This document shows, piece after piece, positions 51,680 through 64,000 of a stretch of 64,000 bases of DNA (positions are counted from its first letter, which is position 1; every line of letters begins with the position of its first letter). Under the pieces are notes generated by a model. The model had not been told where the DNA came from. It searched no databases and saw only the letters and a list, made by a program, of their open reading frames with translations. This stretch comes from Dipteris shenzhenensis. Lineage: Eukaryota. The DNA lies in assembly GCA_047967505.1 (NCBI GenBank), contig CM106538.1. One strand, 5' to 3'. The translations under genes and the position numbers were made by a program.

Positions 51680-52649
51680 CCTACAAACAAACAACCCACC
51701 AAATTTGCTCTTCTTCAAATGCTTAATTTAAACTCTGTGTTGCGTCTATCGCCACGTCTACAGTCCCGTCTAACATCGCGTCTAACGGCGCATCTAAATG
51801 CGCGTCTACTCTATGTATTCAGACGCGCCTATAAACACGCTAATAGACGCGACTATAGACGTGACTATAGACGCGGCTTTTAAACCTGCTTTTCGGCGTG
51901 CTGCTCGCTTTGCTTTTCTTTTCATTACTTAAACTTCGCGAGCGGCTTCCTTCCTTCTTTATTAGCAGTTCCATAGATTCGAAGCTTAAGAGAGAGCCTC
52001 CCATACACAGTTCCAAGCTTTCACTCAAGAGAAAGGGACCGTACCTACACTTACTTCCAAGCCTAAAGGAGAGGAGGAGTATGAACAAGGAGAAGAAACA
52101 AGTTTGGAAAAGAAAGATCCTTCCATACCTTTATCCAAGTAAGTCCTTTTGAAGTTGTTCTTGCTTGCTCTTTCCAGTTTTGTACTTTCTCGCATCCAGG
52201 AAATGCATCTAGGTATGAGCGTCACGTTCTTTTATCGGGCGCAACGTCCTTTTCGACTTTCTAGTATTCTCGCCTGTCGGAGCACGTCTATAGGCGCGTC
52301 TCAGGGCGTGTCTAAAAGCGCATCTACAGGCACGTCTATCTGCGTGTCTGGCTTGTTGTAGACACACACAGATGCATCTGTAGACGCTCACATAGATGCC
52401 CTGTTAAATGCACTTTTAAACGCACTGTTAGATGCGCTTTTAAACGCATTGTTAAACGCACTATTAGACGGACTGTTAAACGCACTGTTAGATGGACTAT
52501 TAAATGCACTATTAAACGCTCTGTTAGACGCGTCTATAGATGCGCAAATCAGACGGGTCTATAGACGCGCTCTGACAGAGCCTCTTTTTTCTTCCCCTTT
52601 CTTCTCAGCTCCCAAAGTAATAGATTTGTTTCCTTTTTTCCAGTTCAAC

Positions 52650-54090
52650 ATGTGGGGAGGAAGTGCTTCTAGCTCACTTGATCCGCGGGAATCGATTTGG
52701 AAGGACTTATATAATCTTTTAGGGCACCCTCCTAGTCTTGCGGAGTTATACGGGTATATGACGGGTACCCTTAACACTCCCCAGGAGTCGGCACTACAAA
52801 CTCCGAGCCACCCCACACCGCCTGAGATCACCCCAGCGGAGTCAGCACAGCCATCTTATGCCCCTTCCCCCGTACCGTCTTATGCCCCTTTCCCCATGCC
52901 GTCTTATGTCCCTTCTGCCATCCCGTCTTATGCCCCTTCCCCCATGCCGTCAGGAGGTCCTTCTGTCTCGGCGAGCCGTCGACGTACTCCCCAGCCGTCG
53001 AGACTCGGTTCTCTAGCTACGAGTGGTCAGCATAGTCCCGTGCAGTCCCCAGCTATGAGTGGCCAGCGTACGAGCTCGACACGACAGGGTAGCAGGCGCA
53101 GTAGCAGGGAGAGCGGTGGCGGATGCATGGCACAGTGCTTTGGGCCATGTGGCGGTGAGGAGGAGGATGATTCAGATGATTTAGACGTGCCTCTGGGTGA
53201 TGGTACGATTTATTATGACATCACTCAGACAGCATCTTGATGGATGCGCGGGGGAAGGACATCATGGCCTTCATGCGCTCTGTAATTGCTAACAATTACA
53301 GAGATTGCTTTATCCACTATAAAGACCACCCAAAGAGGTTGGCTGATGAGACCCTCGCTACTGTTCGCTCTAGGTATCCTAACCCCCCCAATCGCCAATT
53401 CACATATAAATGGGCCAAGTCAAAGATTGTTACCATACTTGGCAATAAAAGATCTTCGCTTAAGAGGCAGGCACTAGCGGAGCTTGCCAGGCTTGAGGCA
53501 GGTCAACCTCCAAGGGGCCCGCCCCACACCGCTCACAAGCGTGAGTGGAAGAAGGCAATGAAGTCAGCGAGGAAGGAGCCCAGTCTGTAGCACGTGGAGG
53601 CATGGAGGATCCAGATGGAGAAATATGGAAGCGCGCATTTTGGAGCAGGGGTTGTTGAATCATGGGAGGCCCAATTTGTAAGTATCGATCTCAAATTATA
53701 TTGCTTATGTAGTTTATTAGGAGGTTGGTTGTTTCTTTATACTAATCCCTCCACAAAGTGTATCGCGGTCATGTAGCTTGAGATCGTGGGCAGATACCCT
53801 ACTCCAGTGGAGACAGCCTACCACCGCCACCATCGTAGAGGAGATACATGGAGGCACTTCTATGATGACGGGTTGATTACTGAGGAGCAGTATACCCGAG
53901 CTACTGGACAGGCCCTCGAGGTATTTGAAAGTAATTAAATAATGCCAAAATTATAAGTAAAGATTTGATTTTTCATACATTGATATATGTTGTCCCTTGT
54001 TTACAGGCCCATGCACAAGACGACGAGGAAGACGAGGAAGGAGGCGCAGAAGGGAGCGCAGAAGGGAGCGTGGAAGGCAGTGAGGATTAG
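52650..54090 (+). pseudogene. CACTA second ORF (TnpA/Ptta-like, Pro-rich N-terminus, acidic tail)
   Basis: MWGGS...(PSYAPSP)n...AHFGAG..E.QF|LEIVGRYPTPVETAYH resembles the Ptta H..G...GR.PT..E...H motif. Introns 53678-53776 and 53921-54006; conserved in copy 2. Confidence 0.7.
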
Positions 54091-55715
54091 TCGTAGAAGT
54101 AGTGCTACTATTCTTTTTTGTACTTAAAGCCACTGGCTTGGCTTCGTGCCTCTTGTATATAGACTCCTCTTATTTTTTGTACTTGAAGCCACATGACATG
54201 GCTTAGCTTCCTTATTTTTTATACTTGAAGCCACATGACGTGGCTTAGCTTCGTGCTATATGTATATGCAAGCACTTTTTGAGCTTTCAATTTTATTACG
54301 TTTTGGAGTTGTAATATTTTATTTGGAATTGTAATTAAAATGCGGTTGGCTATAAGAATTGAATTACAGAATGTGGATATGGGATTCTTGTAACTATACA
54401 GCATACACAACATACACAGTATTCTGTAATTTTTTTTAAAAAAAAAAGCACGTCTATCAGTGCGTTTAAAAACGCGTTTACATTCGCGTCTGTCTATTCG
54501 ACTTGCGTCTATACGTGCGTCTATATAAGCACGTCTATTTATGCGTCTTTGTGCACGTCTATATGCGCATAAGTTTGATATATAGACACGCAATTAGACG
54601 CGGGTCTCCAGACGCGCAAATAGACGCGCCCGTAAGTTTTTTATTTAGTTCATGAAACGCGTCTGTGCGCGCGTCTATGGGTGCTTTGTCTTGTTGTGCT
54701 TGTTGGGACTATGTTATTTGCATACGATCCTTTAGTGAGGAGGATTAACAGGCCAAGATGTTGTGGAAGCATGGCTGGGTTGGACCCATTGCCTAGTCTA
54801 ATACCATGTAAGATTATGAGTCTTGGGCATACGTGTAACGTTAGAATGATTGTATTGATTGATGATTGATTACAATAATAATACTTGTGCTCATTCGCAT
54901 AACCTCGGAGGTTTATGTGGAATGCAAGAGCATTAATCTTACATTCCTATACTTCGAAGCAAGCGCATCGATAGGCGAAGCGAAGCAATTCCGCTCAGAA
55001 TGGCCATCGCGGGAACGCGCTCTTAGCTACCTGGCTCCTCCTGCCGATTAGGACAGCGTAGCGAGGAGCGCCCCGTCACGGGTGGAGTCGTGAAGGTGGC
55101 TGTGTTCTACCAAAAACGTCGTAATGACATGGCCGGGAATGCCGGAAGTTCCGTGGCTCGACATTCACCAGGTTGTTAGAAGTTCACGAGTCGTGATTCA
55201 ACAGTTTGTGTGAGCCGAAGTTGCCGAACAGCACCTAAAAATCTGCAAACAGATCAGAATGTCACAGATCTGTTGACCATTGTACTTAATGCACGTAAGA
55301 AATGCCAAAAGAGTATTACTATAGCTAGCTAGTGACGATTTGTGATAATTGATGAGAGACGTGGAGAGATTGAAGCATTGAGAGTGAGAGTCGGTGATCA
55401 CTGATGAGGCTTGCACGTAGTGGTGCATGATGAAGCTGATAGCGCCTTTTTAAGCATCTGCCAACCCCAGGACAACTCATCATCTATTGGTTTGGGTCCT
55501 GGGCGACGCTCCCACGTTCAATTCCTTTGTCTCGACTCTTGCATGGCAAAAGAACCGGCTGCACGTTCCCAACGATCCCAACGGTACACTCTCAGCAAAT
55601 GTCTTATCGAGAACCCAACACTAGAGTCTGGAGATCTCAGATATGGGTCAACTCTCTTAGCATTATTAGTAGTTATATCTCATCACATATGCGTGGACAA
55701 GCGACTTGGGAGTTG

Positions 55716-55939
55716 CATCATGCTCGTCAACCATTTTAAACACTTAATGAGCAGCTCATAAATAGTTGTGGAGAACTAAGTAGCAACTAATAACTACACT
55801 CAGAAATAGTTGTGGAGCACTAAGTAACATCGTGCTCGTCAACCATTTTAAACACTTAATGAGCAGCTCATAAATAGTTGTGGAGAACTAAGTAGCAACT
55901 AATAACTACACTCAGAAATAGTTGTGGAGCACTAAGTAA
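55716..55939. repeat. 112-bp tandem duplication
   Basis: 55716-55827 versus 55828-55939; one mismatch seen. Confidence 0.9.
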
Positions 55940-56675
55940 CAACTGATAAACAACTGATAACTAATAACAAAAAACATAGTTACAAGATGGAAACCAAAAC
56001 ATGAATATCTAGCTTGTTCTTGCTTGTTAATTACTCACTCGAGCAAGATGTGTAAGGAGGGGTCGAATGAAAACCTTCACCCATGTCTTTTGGTTGTGTC
56101 TGATGGTCTAGATTTTGGTTCAAGCCACAGGCTCTTTGCCACTACTTCAATCTTCAGGGTTTGTTCTACCATTGTTTGTTGGGAGACATAGTAATGTTGC
56201 CTTCTTCCCTAGGTTTTGTTTGCTACTCGCCACTTAGAGGGCAAGCATTTTATCCATTTTGGTCTTGCAAAAAATTTGGTCATTTTTTAGCGTAGGAATC
56301 TATTCTGATGGGAGTTAGTATGATTGTATCGATGCCTAAGATTGGTCTATGGAGCTGTGCATTGAATGTAGGTGGTAAGTTTATGGAAAGGCCTACCTAA
56401 GTTTGAGTCTATTGTTATAGTATAAGACCGGAATTGGAGCTATGAAGATTCGGAAGGAAATCTGCACCATTCAATCAAAGTCAACTTTCAAAGAAATAAA
56501 CTTTGACAACCTTGCTGCCAAAAAACAAACATGATAGCATGACATGTAAGCCATTCACAAGAGTGCAAAAGTCAACAAAATAATCTTTCAAATGGCACAT
56601 AAGCATCGATAAACTGATCATAATTCTAACAAACTCCTTGCCACCCTCGAACCTTTAACAACCGCCTTTCTCAAA

Positions 56676-59600
56676 CACAAGGAGGACACTCTCTTGCATT
56701 CTTATGTAGTCCACGAAACAAAACGCAATCGTTGACGCATGCATGGATGTGCTTGTAATCTAATCCTCTAAGAGAGGTCACATGTTGCCTTGCCATATCT
56801 CTTGAGGTCGTTAATTTATTCTCCCTAATTGGAAGCATTTTACACAATAGCCTGCACGTGAAGACCATAAATGAGGAAAAACATTTGAGTAATTGACCCA
56901 CTAGCATAATTCACCATGTTTACAAAATAGACTTTAAAGCTTACTTGAGTAATGCATTCAAACTTGCATTGCTCCATCTATATAAGATGGTTTGCAAGTT
57001 TAGTAACTCAAGGGAGGCACATAGAACAGAGAAAGTGCACCCCTCAAACAGTGGAGTCGATGCTGCAGTAAAAAGATTGTCCTACTCCATGCTATCATCC
57101 CTCCCTTCGGATGGTGGATACGGAGGGATTCATCCTCACTAGAGCTACTTCTTGAAGAGCTACTTCTTGAAGATGAAATCCTACAAACAGACAACCCAAA
57201 AAAATTTTCTTTTCTTTAAATATTTAATTTTAAAACTCTGTGGCGCGTCTAAAGGCACGTCTAAAACCGCATCTGTTTGTTCTATGGTGTGCGTCTATAG
57301 GCACATCTAAAACTGCGTCTGCTCAGTATATCTAGACATGCAATTACACGTGTATTTAGATGCGCTATTAGATGCAGTTTTCAAATCTGCTTTTAGCACG
57401 CTCGCTTTGCTTTTCTTCACATTACTTATACTTCGCGCGGCTTGCTTGCTTTGCTATTAATAGATCCACAGTTTCGACGCTTAAGAGGAAGGCACCTACA
57501 CTTACTTCCAAGCTTATACTTAAGAGAAAGGCACCCACACTTACTTCCAGGCTTACAGGAGAAGAGGGTGAACAAGGAAGAGAAGCAACTTTGAAGAAGG
57601 AGAAGAAGCTTCCATACCTCTATCCAAGGTAAGTCTCTTTACGGTTGATCTTTTTTGGAAGTTGCTCTCTTTGTATTTGTCCTTTGTCGTATCCAACAAA
57701 CGAATGATTTTGGTATCAGTGTTACATTTTTGTGTCAGGCGCATGTCCTTTTCTACTTTTTAGAATAGTCTGTCTGTCAGAGTGCGTCTATAGACGTGTC
57801 TCAGGGCGCATCTAAAACCGCGTCTACAGGCATGTCTAGACTGTTTGCAGACACAGACAGCTGTGTCTATAGATGCGCTATTATACGCGCTTCTCAGATG
57901 CGTCTATAGACACGCTCCGACAGTAATATTTTCTTCCCTTTCCCTTTTTTCTTAGCTCATCAGTAATCATCTTTTTTTCTTTTTTCCAATTCATCATGTG
58001 GCTAGGAAGCTCTTCGGGCTCACCTCATCTCTGGGAGTCTATTTTTAGGGACTTATATGACCTTTTATGGCACCCTCCCAGTCCTGCAAAGTTATACGGG
58101 TATATGATGGGTACTCTAAACACCCCCTAGGAGTCAGCACTACAGAAACCAAACGACCCCAACCCTACACTAGCTGAGATTACCCCAACAGAGTCAGCAC
58201 AGCCCAGCCGGCTACATAGCTGAGGCCCTTCTCCCATGTCATCTTATGCCCCTTCCCCCATGCCGTCTTATACCCCTTTCCCCATGCCGTCTTATGCCCC
58301 TTCCCCTATGCCGTCAAGAGGTCCTTCTGTCTCGCAGAGCCCTTGGCGTACTCCTATGCAGTCGAGACTCGGTTCTCCAGCTACGAGTGGTCCCCATAGT
58401 CCCGTGCAGTCTCCAGCTACGAGTGGCCAACGTACTAGCTCGACATGACATGGTACCAGGGAGAGCGGTGGGGAATGCATGGCACAATGCTTTGGGAGGA
58501 GTGGTGGTGGGGACGATGATGATTCAGATGATTTGGACGTGCTGCCGGGTGATGGTAGGATCTTCTATGACATCACTCAGACAGGAGGCATCTTGATGGA
58601 TGCACAGGGGAAGGACATCATGGCCTTCATGCACTCTGTAATTGCTAACAATTACAGAGAATGCTTTATCCACTACAAAGACCATCCAAAGAGGTTGGCT
58701 GATGAGACCCTCGCTGCTGTTTGCTCTAAGTGTCCTAACCCCCCCAATCGTCAGTTCACAGATAAATGGGCTGTCAAAGATTGTTACGATACTTGGCAAT
58801 AAAAGATCTTTGCTTAAGAGGCAGGCACTAGCGGAGCTTGCCAGGCTCGAGGGAGGTCAACCACTAAGGTGCCCACCTCACACCACTCACAAGCGTGAGT
58901 GGAAGAAAGCAATGAAGTCAACGAGGGAGGACCCCAGTCTGCAGCATGTGGAGGCACGAAGGATCCAGATGGAGCAATATAGAAGCATGCATTTTGGAGC
59001 AGGGGGTGTTGAATCATGGGAGGCCCAATTTGTAAGTATTGATCTCAAATTATATTGCTTATGTAGTTTATTAGGAGGTTGTTTCTTTGTACTAACCCCT
59101 CCGCAAATTGTGTCATCTTACAGCTTGAGATTGTGGATAGATACCCTACTCCTATCGAGACAGCCTACCACCACCACCATCACAGAGGAGATACATGGAA
59201 GCACTTCTATCATGACGGGTTGATTACTGAGGAGCAGTATATCTGGGCTACTGGAGCGGCCGCTGAGGTATTTGAAAGTAATTAAATAATGTCAATATTA
59301 TAAGTAAAGATTTGAACAAGAAGACGAGGAAGAAGACGAGGAAGGAGGCAGAGAAGGGAGCGTAGAAGGGAGCGCAGAAGGGAGTGTGGAAGGGAGCGAG
59401 GACGTGGAGAACATAGATTAGTCGTAGAAGTAGTGCTAGCTATTCTTTTTTGTACTTAAAGCCACTGGCTTGGCTTGGTGCCTCTTGTATATACACTCCT
59501 CTTATTTTTTCTACTTGAAGCCACATGATGTGGCTTAGCTTCGTGCTATATGTACATACAAGCACTTTTTGAGCTTTCAATTTTATTACGTCTCGGAGTT

Positions 59601-60068
59601 GTAATGTTTTATTTGGAATTGTAATTAAAATGCGATTGGCTGTAAGAATTGAATTATACAATGTGGAAATGGGATTCCTGTAACTATATAGCATGTACAC
59701 AACATACACAACATTCTGTAAATTTAAAAAAATATATTATGTAGTGCATCTAAGTGCGTCTATATACGCGTCTGTCTATTCGAGGAGCGTCTATTTACGC
59801 ATCTATAAAAGCGTCTATAAGACCGTTTATAAATGCGTTTATACACGCGTTTAACGATGCGTCTGTCTATTTTTTAAAATTTTTAGCAGAGCATCTATTT
59901 AGGGGTCTAGATGCGCATCTATATGCGTGTCTGTCTGCTATATAGATGCACTGTTAGATGCGAGTCTCTAGACGCACAATTAAATGCGTAAATAGACGCG
60001 CTCGTAAGTTTTTTTTAGTTCAGTAAACGCGTCTGTGTGTGCGTTTGTGGGTGCTTTGTCTTGTTGTG
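56676..60068. mobile_element. Second, left-truncated copy of the same CACTA family
   Basis: Colinear with 50788-54698 with internal deletions; right TIR ...GCTTTGTCTTGTTGTG ends at 60068; ORF2 remnant ~57996-59420. Confidence 0.92.
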
Positions 60069-61235
60069 ATTGTGACTTTGGAATATGGTGGGCGAGCCAA
60101 GAGTGAATCTTGCCAACAAAGAAGAGGGGAAAGGATGCGTTGTGAAAGTACATGGATTGGTATTGAATGCAGTAGGTACATGGCCGACAGGAGCAGCGGA
60201 GATATGTACACAAGGATGAATCCAAAGCTTTGAAAAGACAAGGATTTAGAAATTATCAACAAATTATTTTTCTCTTTCAAATTAGCAAGGCTCTAGAAAT
60301 TCCCAAGAAACTAATTTTCTCTCAAAAAACAAGGATTTAACAAGCTAAGGAGTTACTAAGCCCTACCACTAAAGGGGCATGCCAAAAACAAAAAAGCTAA
60401 CGAATGCCCAAATTCACTCGGGCTATACACAATTCAAGTTTCAACCTCGAATGAAAATGAAAAAGTTAAATTTCACTACAAAGCAAAGACGCTTCCAGTG
60501 TTCACCAAAAACTGAGGTTTTACGTTACACGAATTGTTAAATTGAGAAAAAGCCTTAAAATTTTGGGAGAGAAGGTTTTTGCATATGTGATTTTGAGGCC
60601 ATTTTAGTTATATTTTGGTGAAAAACCTGCAAAATCCTGAAAAAAAACCTTGTAAATTTTGAAGTTGAAGGTGGATGGATGTATTCAAAGCCAGCAGCGA
60701 TAAAGCCACCCGAGCAGCCAGAAAGCCACTAAGTTGATAGGATCTGGGGTGTTGCATGGTAGCTCTTTGAGCAGCTGCCCTGCATCATCTGAGTGCTCCC
60801 ATCAACTGGCCCATCTTCGTCTCTGGCTTGCGTTCCATCTTGGTATCTTGTGCTAATTACATCTTCTCATCTTGCAAATCCATACAGAAACGCCAGTCTT
60901 CGTCTTTGGCTTGCTTTCCATTTTGGTAACTTGTGCGAATTAGATTTTCTCACCTTGCAACTCCATACAGAAAGTCCCGTCATCGTCTCTGATTTGCTTT
61001 CCATCTCGGTATCTTGTGCAAATTAGATCGTCTCAGCTTGCAAATCCATACAGAAATTGCACTCTATCTATGCCTCCCAGCTTCTTAGAAATCCTTGAGG
61101 AAACTCTACTTCTGTCCTTGCTTCCCTCTAACGTAGAATCGTACCTCTATGCAGATAGATATAGACTTGCATCTCCCGCTGTATCTCCCATTGCTTCATT
61201 TCTAGCATCCCTTCACTTCAGTGGACCTCCACACC

Positions 61236-62855
61236 ATGTCCCAGCTTCTCTTTCTTCATTTGATCCTTTCCTCCATCCTGCTCTTCACTAGTCCCACGGT
61301 TCATGGAGCAGATCCAGTTGGGACCTTCGAGTTGCTTCTCAGCAATGCAGGTATCGCCTCCATGCATTCTGCTGTTACTCGCTTCAACACAGTCATCCTC
61401 TTGGACAGAACGGACATCGGGCCTTCCCTTATCAACCTCCCAAACGGTACCTGCAGAGACAACCCTAACGACCTTACTCTGAAGCACGACTGCACAGCCC
61501 ACTCCGTCATGTTCGACGCCGCCTCCAACACCGTGCGCCCACTCTTCATTTTCACGGATACCTGGTGTTCTTCTGGTCAATTCTTAGCTGATGGAACAAT
61601 GATGCAGACAGGAGGTGATTTTGACGGAAAGTATAAGATCCGCCGACTAGCGCCATGTCCAGCGAATGGTACTTGCGACTGGGTGGAAGACCCAGTAGTG
61701 CAGCTGAAGGATCCCAGATGGTATGCCACAAACCAATTGTTGCCAGATGGAAGGACGATCATCGTTGGAGGAAGGGGAGTCTTCACGTACGAATTCATCC
61801 CCAAGGCTGCCGGCGAAGGGAGTTACTCTCTCCCATTTCTCAACGCCACAAACGACTTCGAGAACGACAACTACTACCCTTACGTACATTTGTTGCCCGA
61901 CGGAAATCTCTTCATCTTTGCCAATCGGGACTCCATTCTTCTCAATTACAATACAAATACGGTCCTGCGGACCTATCCGACAATCCCAGGCGAGCCCCGC
62001 AACTATCCATCCGCAGGTAGCTCCGTTCTTCTTCCGTTGGATGGTCCAACCTATTACAAAGCTGCGGAAGTGATGGTTTGCGGAGGGGCGCAGCTGGGCG
62101 CGTTCAAGCAATCGAGTAAGCAGTTCCCATGTTCACAAACTTGTGGCAGAATGGTGGTGACTTCTGCAACAGCAAATTGGTCTATGGAGACAATGCCGTT
62201 GCGCCGATGCATGGGAGACATGATCCTGCTCCCGTCGCGCGATGTTCTTATCATCAATGGTGCACAGAATGGATCTCAGGGCTGGGGCGAAGCAACGAAT
62301 CCTGCTCTCAGTCCAGTGATATACCGCCCCGGCTTCACTTCTGCGACGCGATTCCTTGTCCAACCCGCCGGCACCATCCCTCGAATGTATCATTCCACTG
62401 CCAACCTACTTCCCGACGGCCGAGTTCTGCTTGCAGGCAGCAATACACATCAATTCTACACTTTCACGGGTGACTTCCCCACCGAGCTCCGAGTCGAGTC
62501 GTGGTCTCCACCGTATTTACAGCCAGCTAACACTCCGAGAAGACCAATTATCGTAGCTGCTCCAACTCAACTGACTTATGCTTTGGTTTTCACCGTTACC
62601 TTTGCTTGCCAGCGGGCACCAGGTTCAGTTGAGATTAATTTGATAAGTGCACCTTACAGCACACATTCTTATTCGCAGGGGCAGCGCTTAGTGCGTATGA
62701 AGGTTCTGTCACGGGTAGCACTAGGCAGCAATCTCTACACCGTCACCGTGGTTGCCCCCCCGAACGCCAATATAGCTCCTCCTGCCTACTATATGATGTT
62801 TCCAGTGCAGTCGGGTATGCCTGGCAGCTCGATTTGGGTCCAAGTCACAGGTTGA
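61236..62855 (+). CDS. GLOX: Secreted glyoxal/aldehyde oxidase (copper radical oxidase, AA5), 539 aa, intronless CDS
   Basis: Hydrophobic signal peptide; GIASMH, DCTAHS, TWCSSG (Cys), RWY (Tyr), RNYPSAGS, RMYHS (Tyr, His) and STHS (His); C-terminal APPAYYM Ig-like domain; uninterrupted ORF. Confidence 0.96.
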   Translation: MSQLLFLHLILSSILLFTSPTVHGADPVGTFELLLSNAGIASMHSAVTRFNTVILLDRTDIGPSLINLPNGTCRDNPNDLTLKHDCTAHSVMFDAASNTVRPLFIFTDTWCSSGQFLADGTMMQTGGDFDGKYKIRRLAPCPANGTCDWVEDPVVQLKDPRWYATNQLLPDGRTIIVGGRGVFTYEFIPKAAGEGSYSLPFLNATNDFENDNYYPYVHLLPDGNLFIFANRDSILLNYNTNTVLRTYPTIPGEPRNYPSAGSSVLLPLDGPTYYKAAEVMVCGGAQLGAFKQSSKQFPCSQTCGRMVVTSATANWSMETMPLRRCMGDMILLPSRDVLIINGAQNGSQGWGEATNPALSPVIYRPGFTSATRFLVQPAGTIPRMYHSTANLLPDGRVLLAGSNTHQFYTFTGDFPTELRVESWSPPYLQPANTPRRPIIVAAPTQLTYALVFTVTFACQRAPGSVEINLISAPYSTHSYSQGQRLVRMKVLSRVALGSNLYTVTVVAPPNANIAPPAYYMMFPVQSGMPGSSIWVQVTG

Positions 62856-64000
62856 TGACATTGTTCTCAATATAATTAATTAGGGTCTGCAATAGATCAT
62901 TCTTTCAGATATCGCATCCTCATAAAACTCCAGATTCCTGCACGCGGGACTGGTTCTTCTGTGGGTATTGCTGAAGATGGCAAAAGACCTTGAGCAGTTC
63001 CCACGGACGAATTGTACGACTGAAAAAAGGGCAAGAGTTCCGAGCTTTAAGCTTTTCATCACGATGCTTTGTATTCGAAGTATGGAACATCTACCAAAAA
63101 TCAGAAGTGATTGTCACCCAATATGCATGCTTTGTATTCGGAGTATGTATTCGGGAACCCGCTCTTAGGCTGTTCTCCTCGCTGTTTTGTATTCGGAGTA
63201 AGGTTTCTGAGCAAGGTTCATTACCCAAGTTCGGAAGTAATCCTCTCATTTGCATCGCGTCTGTGTTTTCAGTCATGAGAGCTTGAATTCCAAGGGTGAA
63301 ATGACCCGCTAGAAGACAGTATAAACAGTCAGGACTGAGAAGTAAGAGCAGGTGCTGAACAAAGCTTGCTCAGAGCTTTTTTCACTTACCTCCAATGCCT
63401 CCAGGCCTCATGCCAGGCACTCACGGCACCTAGAACCACACCCAAGAAAGGCACCCAAACTACTGAGCGGCATCTCCGGTCGCCAGGGGGTGCCCCTTGC
63501 CACCCCCTAGAAAGGAGCTTCTTCTCCGGTGGTGCCTCTCCACAGAATTCGACGATCCTGGCTTTCGAGCGATATGCTGGTCCATGGGGACCTATGGGAT
63601 ATGCTGGTCCATGGGGACCTGCTCTTAGGCACTTATATATTCAAAGACTGCTGTGATCCAGTCATTAATAGGAAGTACTCATTACTAGGAAATACGAATA
63701 CGGTTTGGTGTTGCACATGGGTAGCCTTAGCAAAGACGTGAATTTGGAAAGCTAAAAATCACTATTTTTTGAATTAAAAAATTCCTATATTTTGATTGGT
63801 TGATATGAATGAACTACCACGTCTTTATTGTTTGATGGATAACCCTCCACGTGGCGTTTCACAATGTTAAGTGATAGTTAGCTGGCAGATGGAATGCTAA
63901 TTGAGAGTTAGCTTAGTTAAATGGGTTGCTTCAATGTTGTATGGCCTTGGTCCATGCATTGCGGGATTTCTACTGCATAGATGGGTGGGCTCCGCCGACG

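Larger units (their letters stand above)
47229..54698. mobile_element. CACTA/En-Spm transposon with CACAA termini
   Basis: TIRs CACAACAA(C/G)ACAAAGCA...; 3-bp TSD CTT at 47226-47228 and 54699-54701; TAGACGCG subterminal repeats. Confidence 0.95.
46606..54943 (+). repeat. Probable 3' LTR of the Gypsy element (46606-47228 + 54702-54943), interrupted by the CACTA
   Basis: TGTAA...TTACA termini, preceded by purine-rich GAGTAGAGAGGCCTAGGGGG. No matching 5' LTR was found in the window. Confidence 0.55.

Noticed and set aside
52449-52649. LLNA/LLDG-repeat N-terminus of the 263-aa ORF
   Set aside because: Translation of 12-bp TAGACGC-type DNA repeats in a probable intron; the likely ATG is 52650.
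54944-55200. Helitron 5' end (TCCTATACT) and CpG-rich patch
   Set aside because: No matching 3' hairpin-CTRR or Rep/helicase sequence identified.
61236-62855. Kelch-propeller GLOX as a RAG2 analogue
   Set aside because: An ordinary plant copper radical oxidase more than 50 kb away with no structural link.
63060-63620. Short repeats downstream of GLOX (TTTGTATTCGGAGTA copies, a 27-bp duplication, a small inverted repeat)
   Set aside because: Too short and without a TSD; cannot be supported as an element.

Overview
Repeat-dominated land-plant genomic DNA (probably a fern or other non-seed plant; inference) with one intact host gene, a secreted glyoxal oxidase (61236-62855, +). The rest is a stack of nested, mostly decayed transposons that can be reconstructed from target-site duplications (TSDs). 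(1) An old cluster of three intron-containing pseudogenes: an unknown gene, a Ulp1/C48 SUMO protease and a BAH-domain protein. (2) Inside the unknown gene, a 3.1-kb fragment of a RAG1-core/Transib-like DDE transposase flanked by a 7-bp direct repeat; this is the most novel item. (3) Copia A (13278-36958, TSD TGCCA), which splits the Ulp1 gene. (4) Inside the gag of A, a rearranged Gypsy-type LTR complex B (17052-33301) with a U5 end at both termini and tandem PBS-to-TATA units. (5) Inside B, a three-LTR Copia C (17411-27722, TSD CTGAG), which looks like an ectopic repair or capture product. (6) A gag-protease-only Gypsy whose 3' LTR is interrupted by a CACTA element with CACAA termini and divergent genes (47229-54698, TSD CTT), followed by a truncated second copy. 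All alignments and counts were done by eye; no database searches were run.
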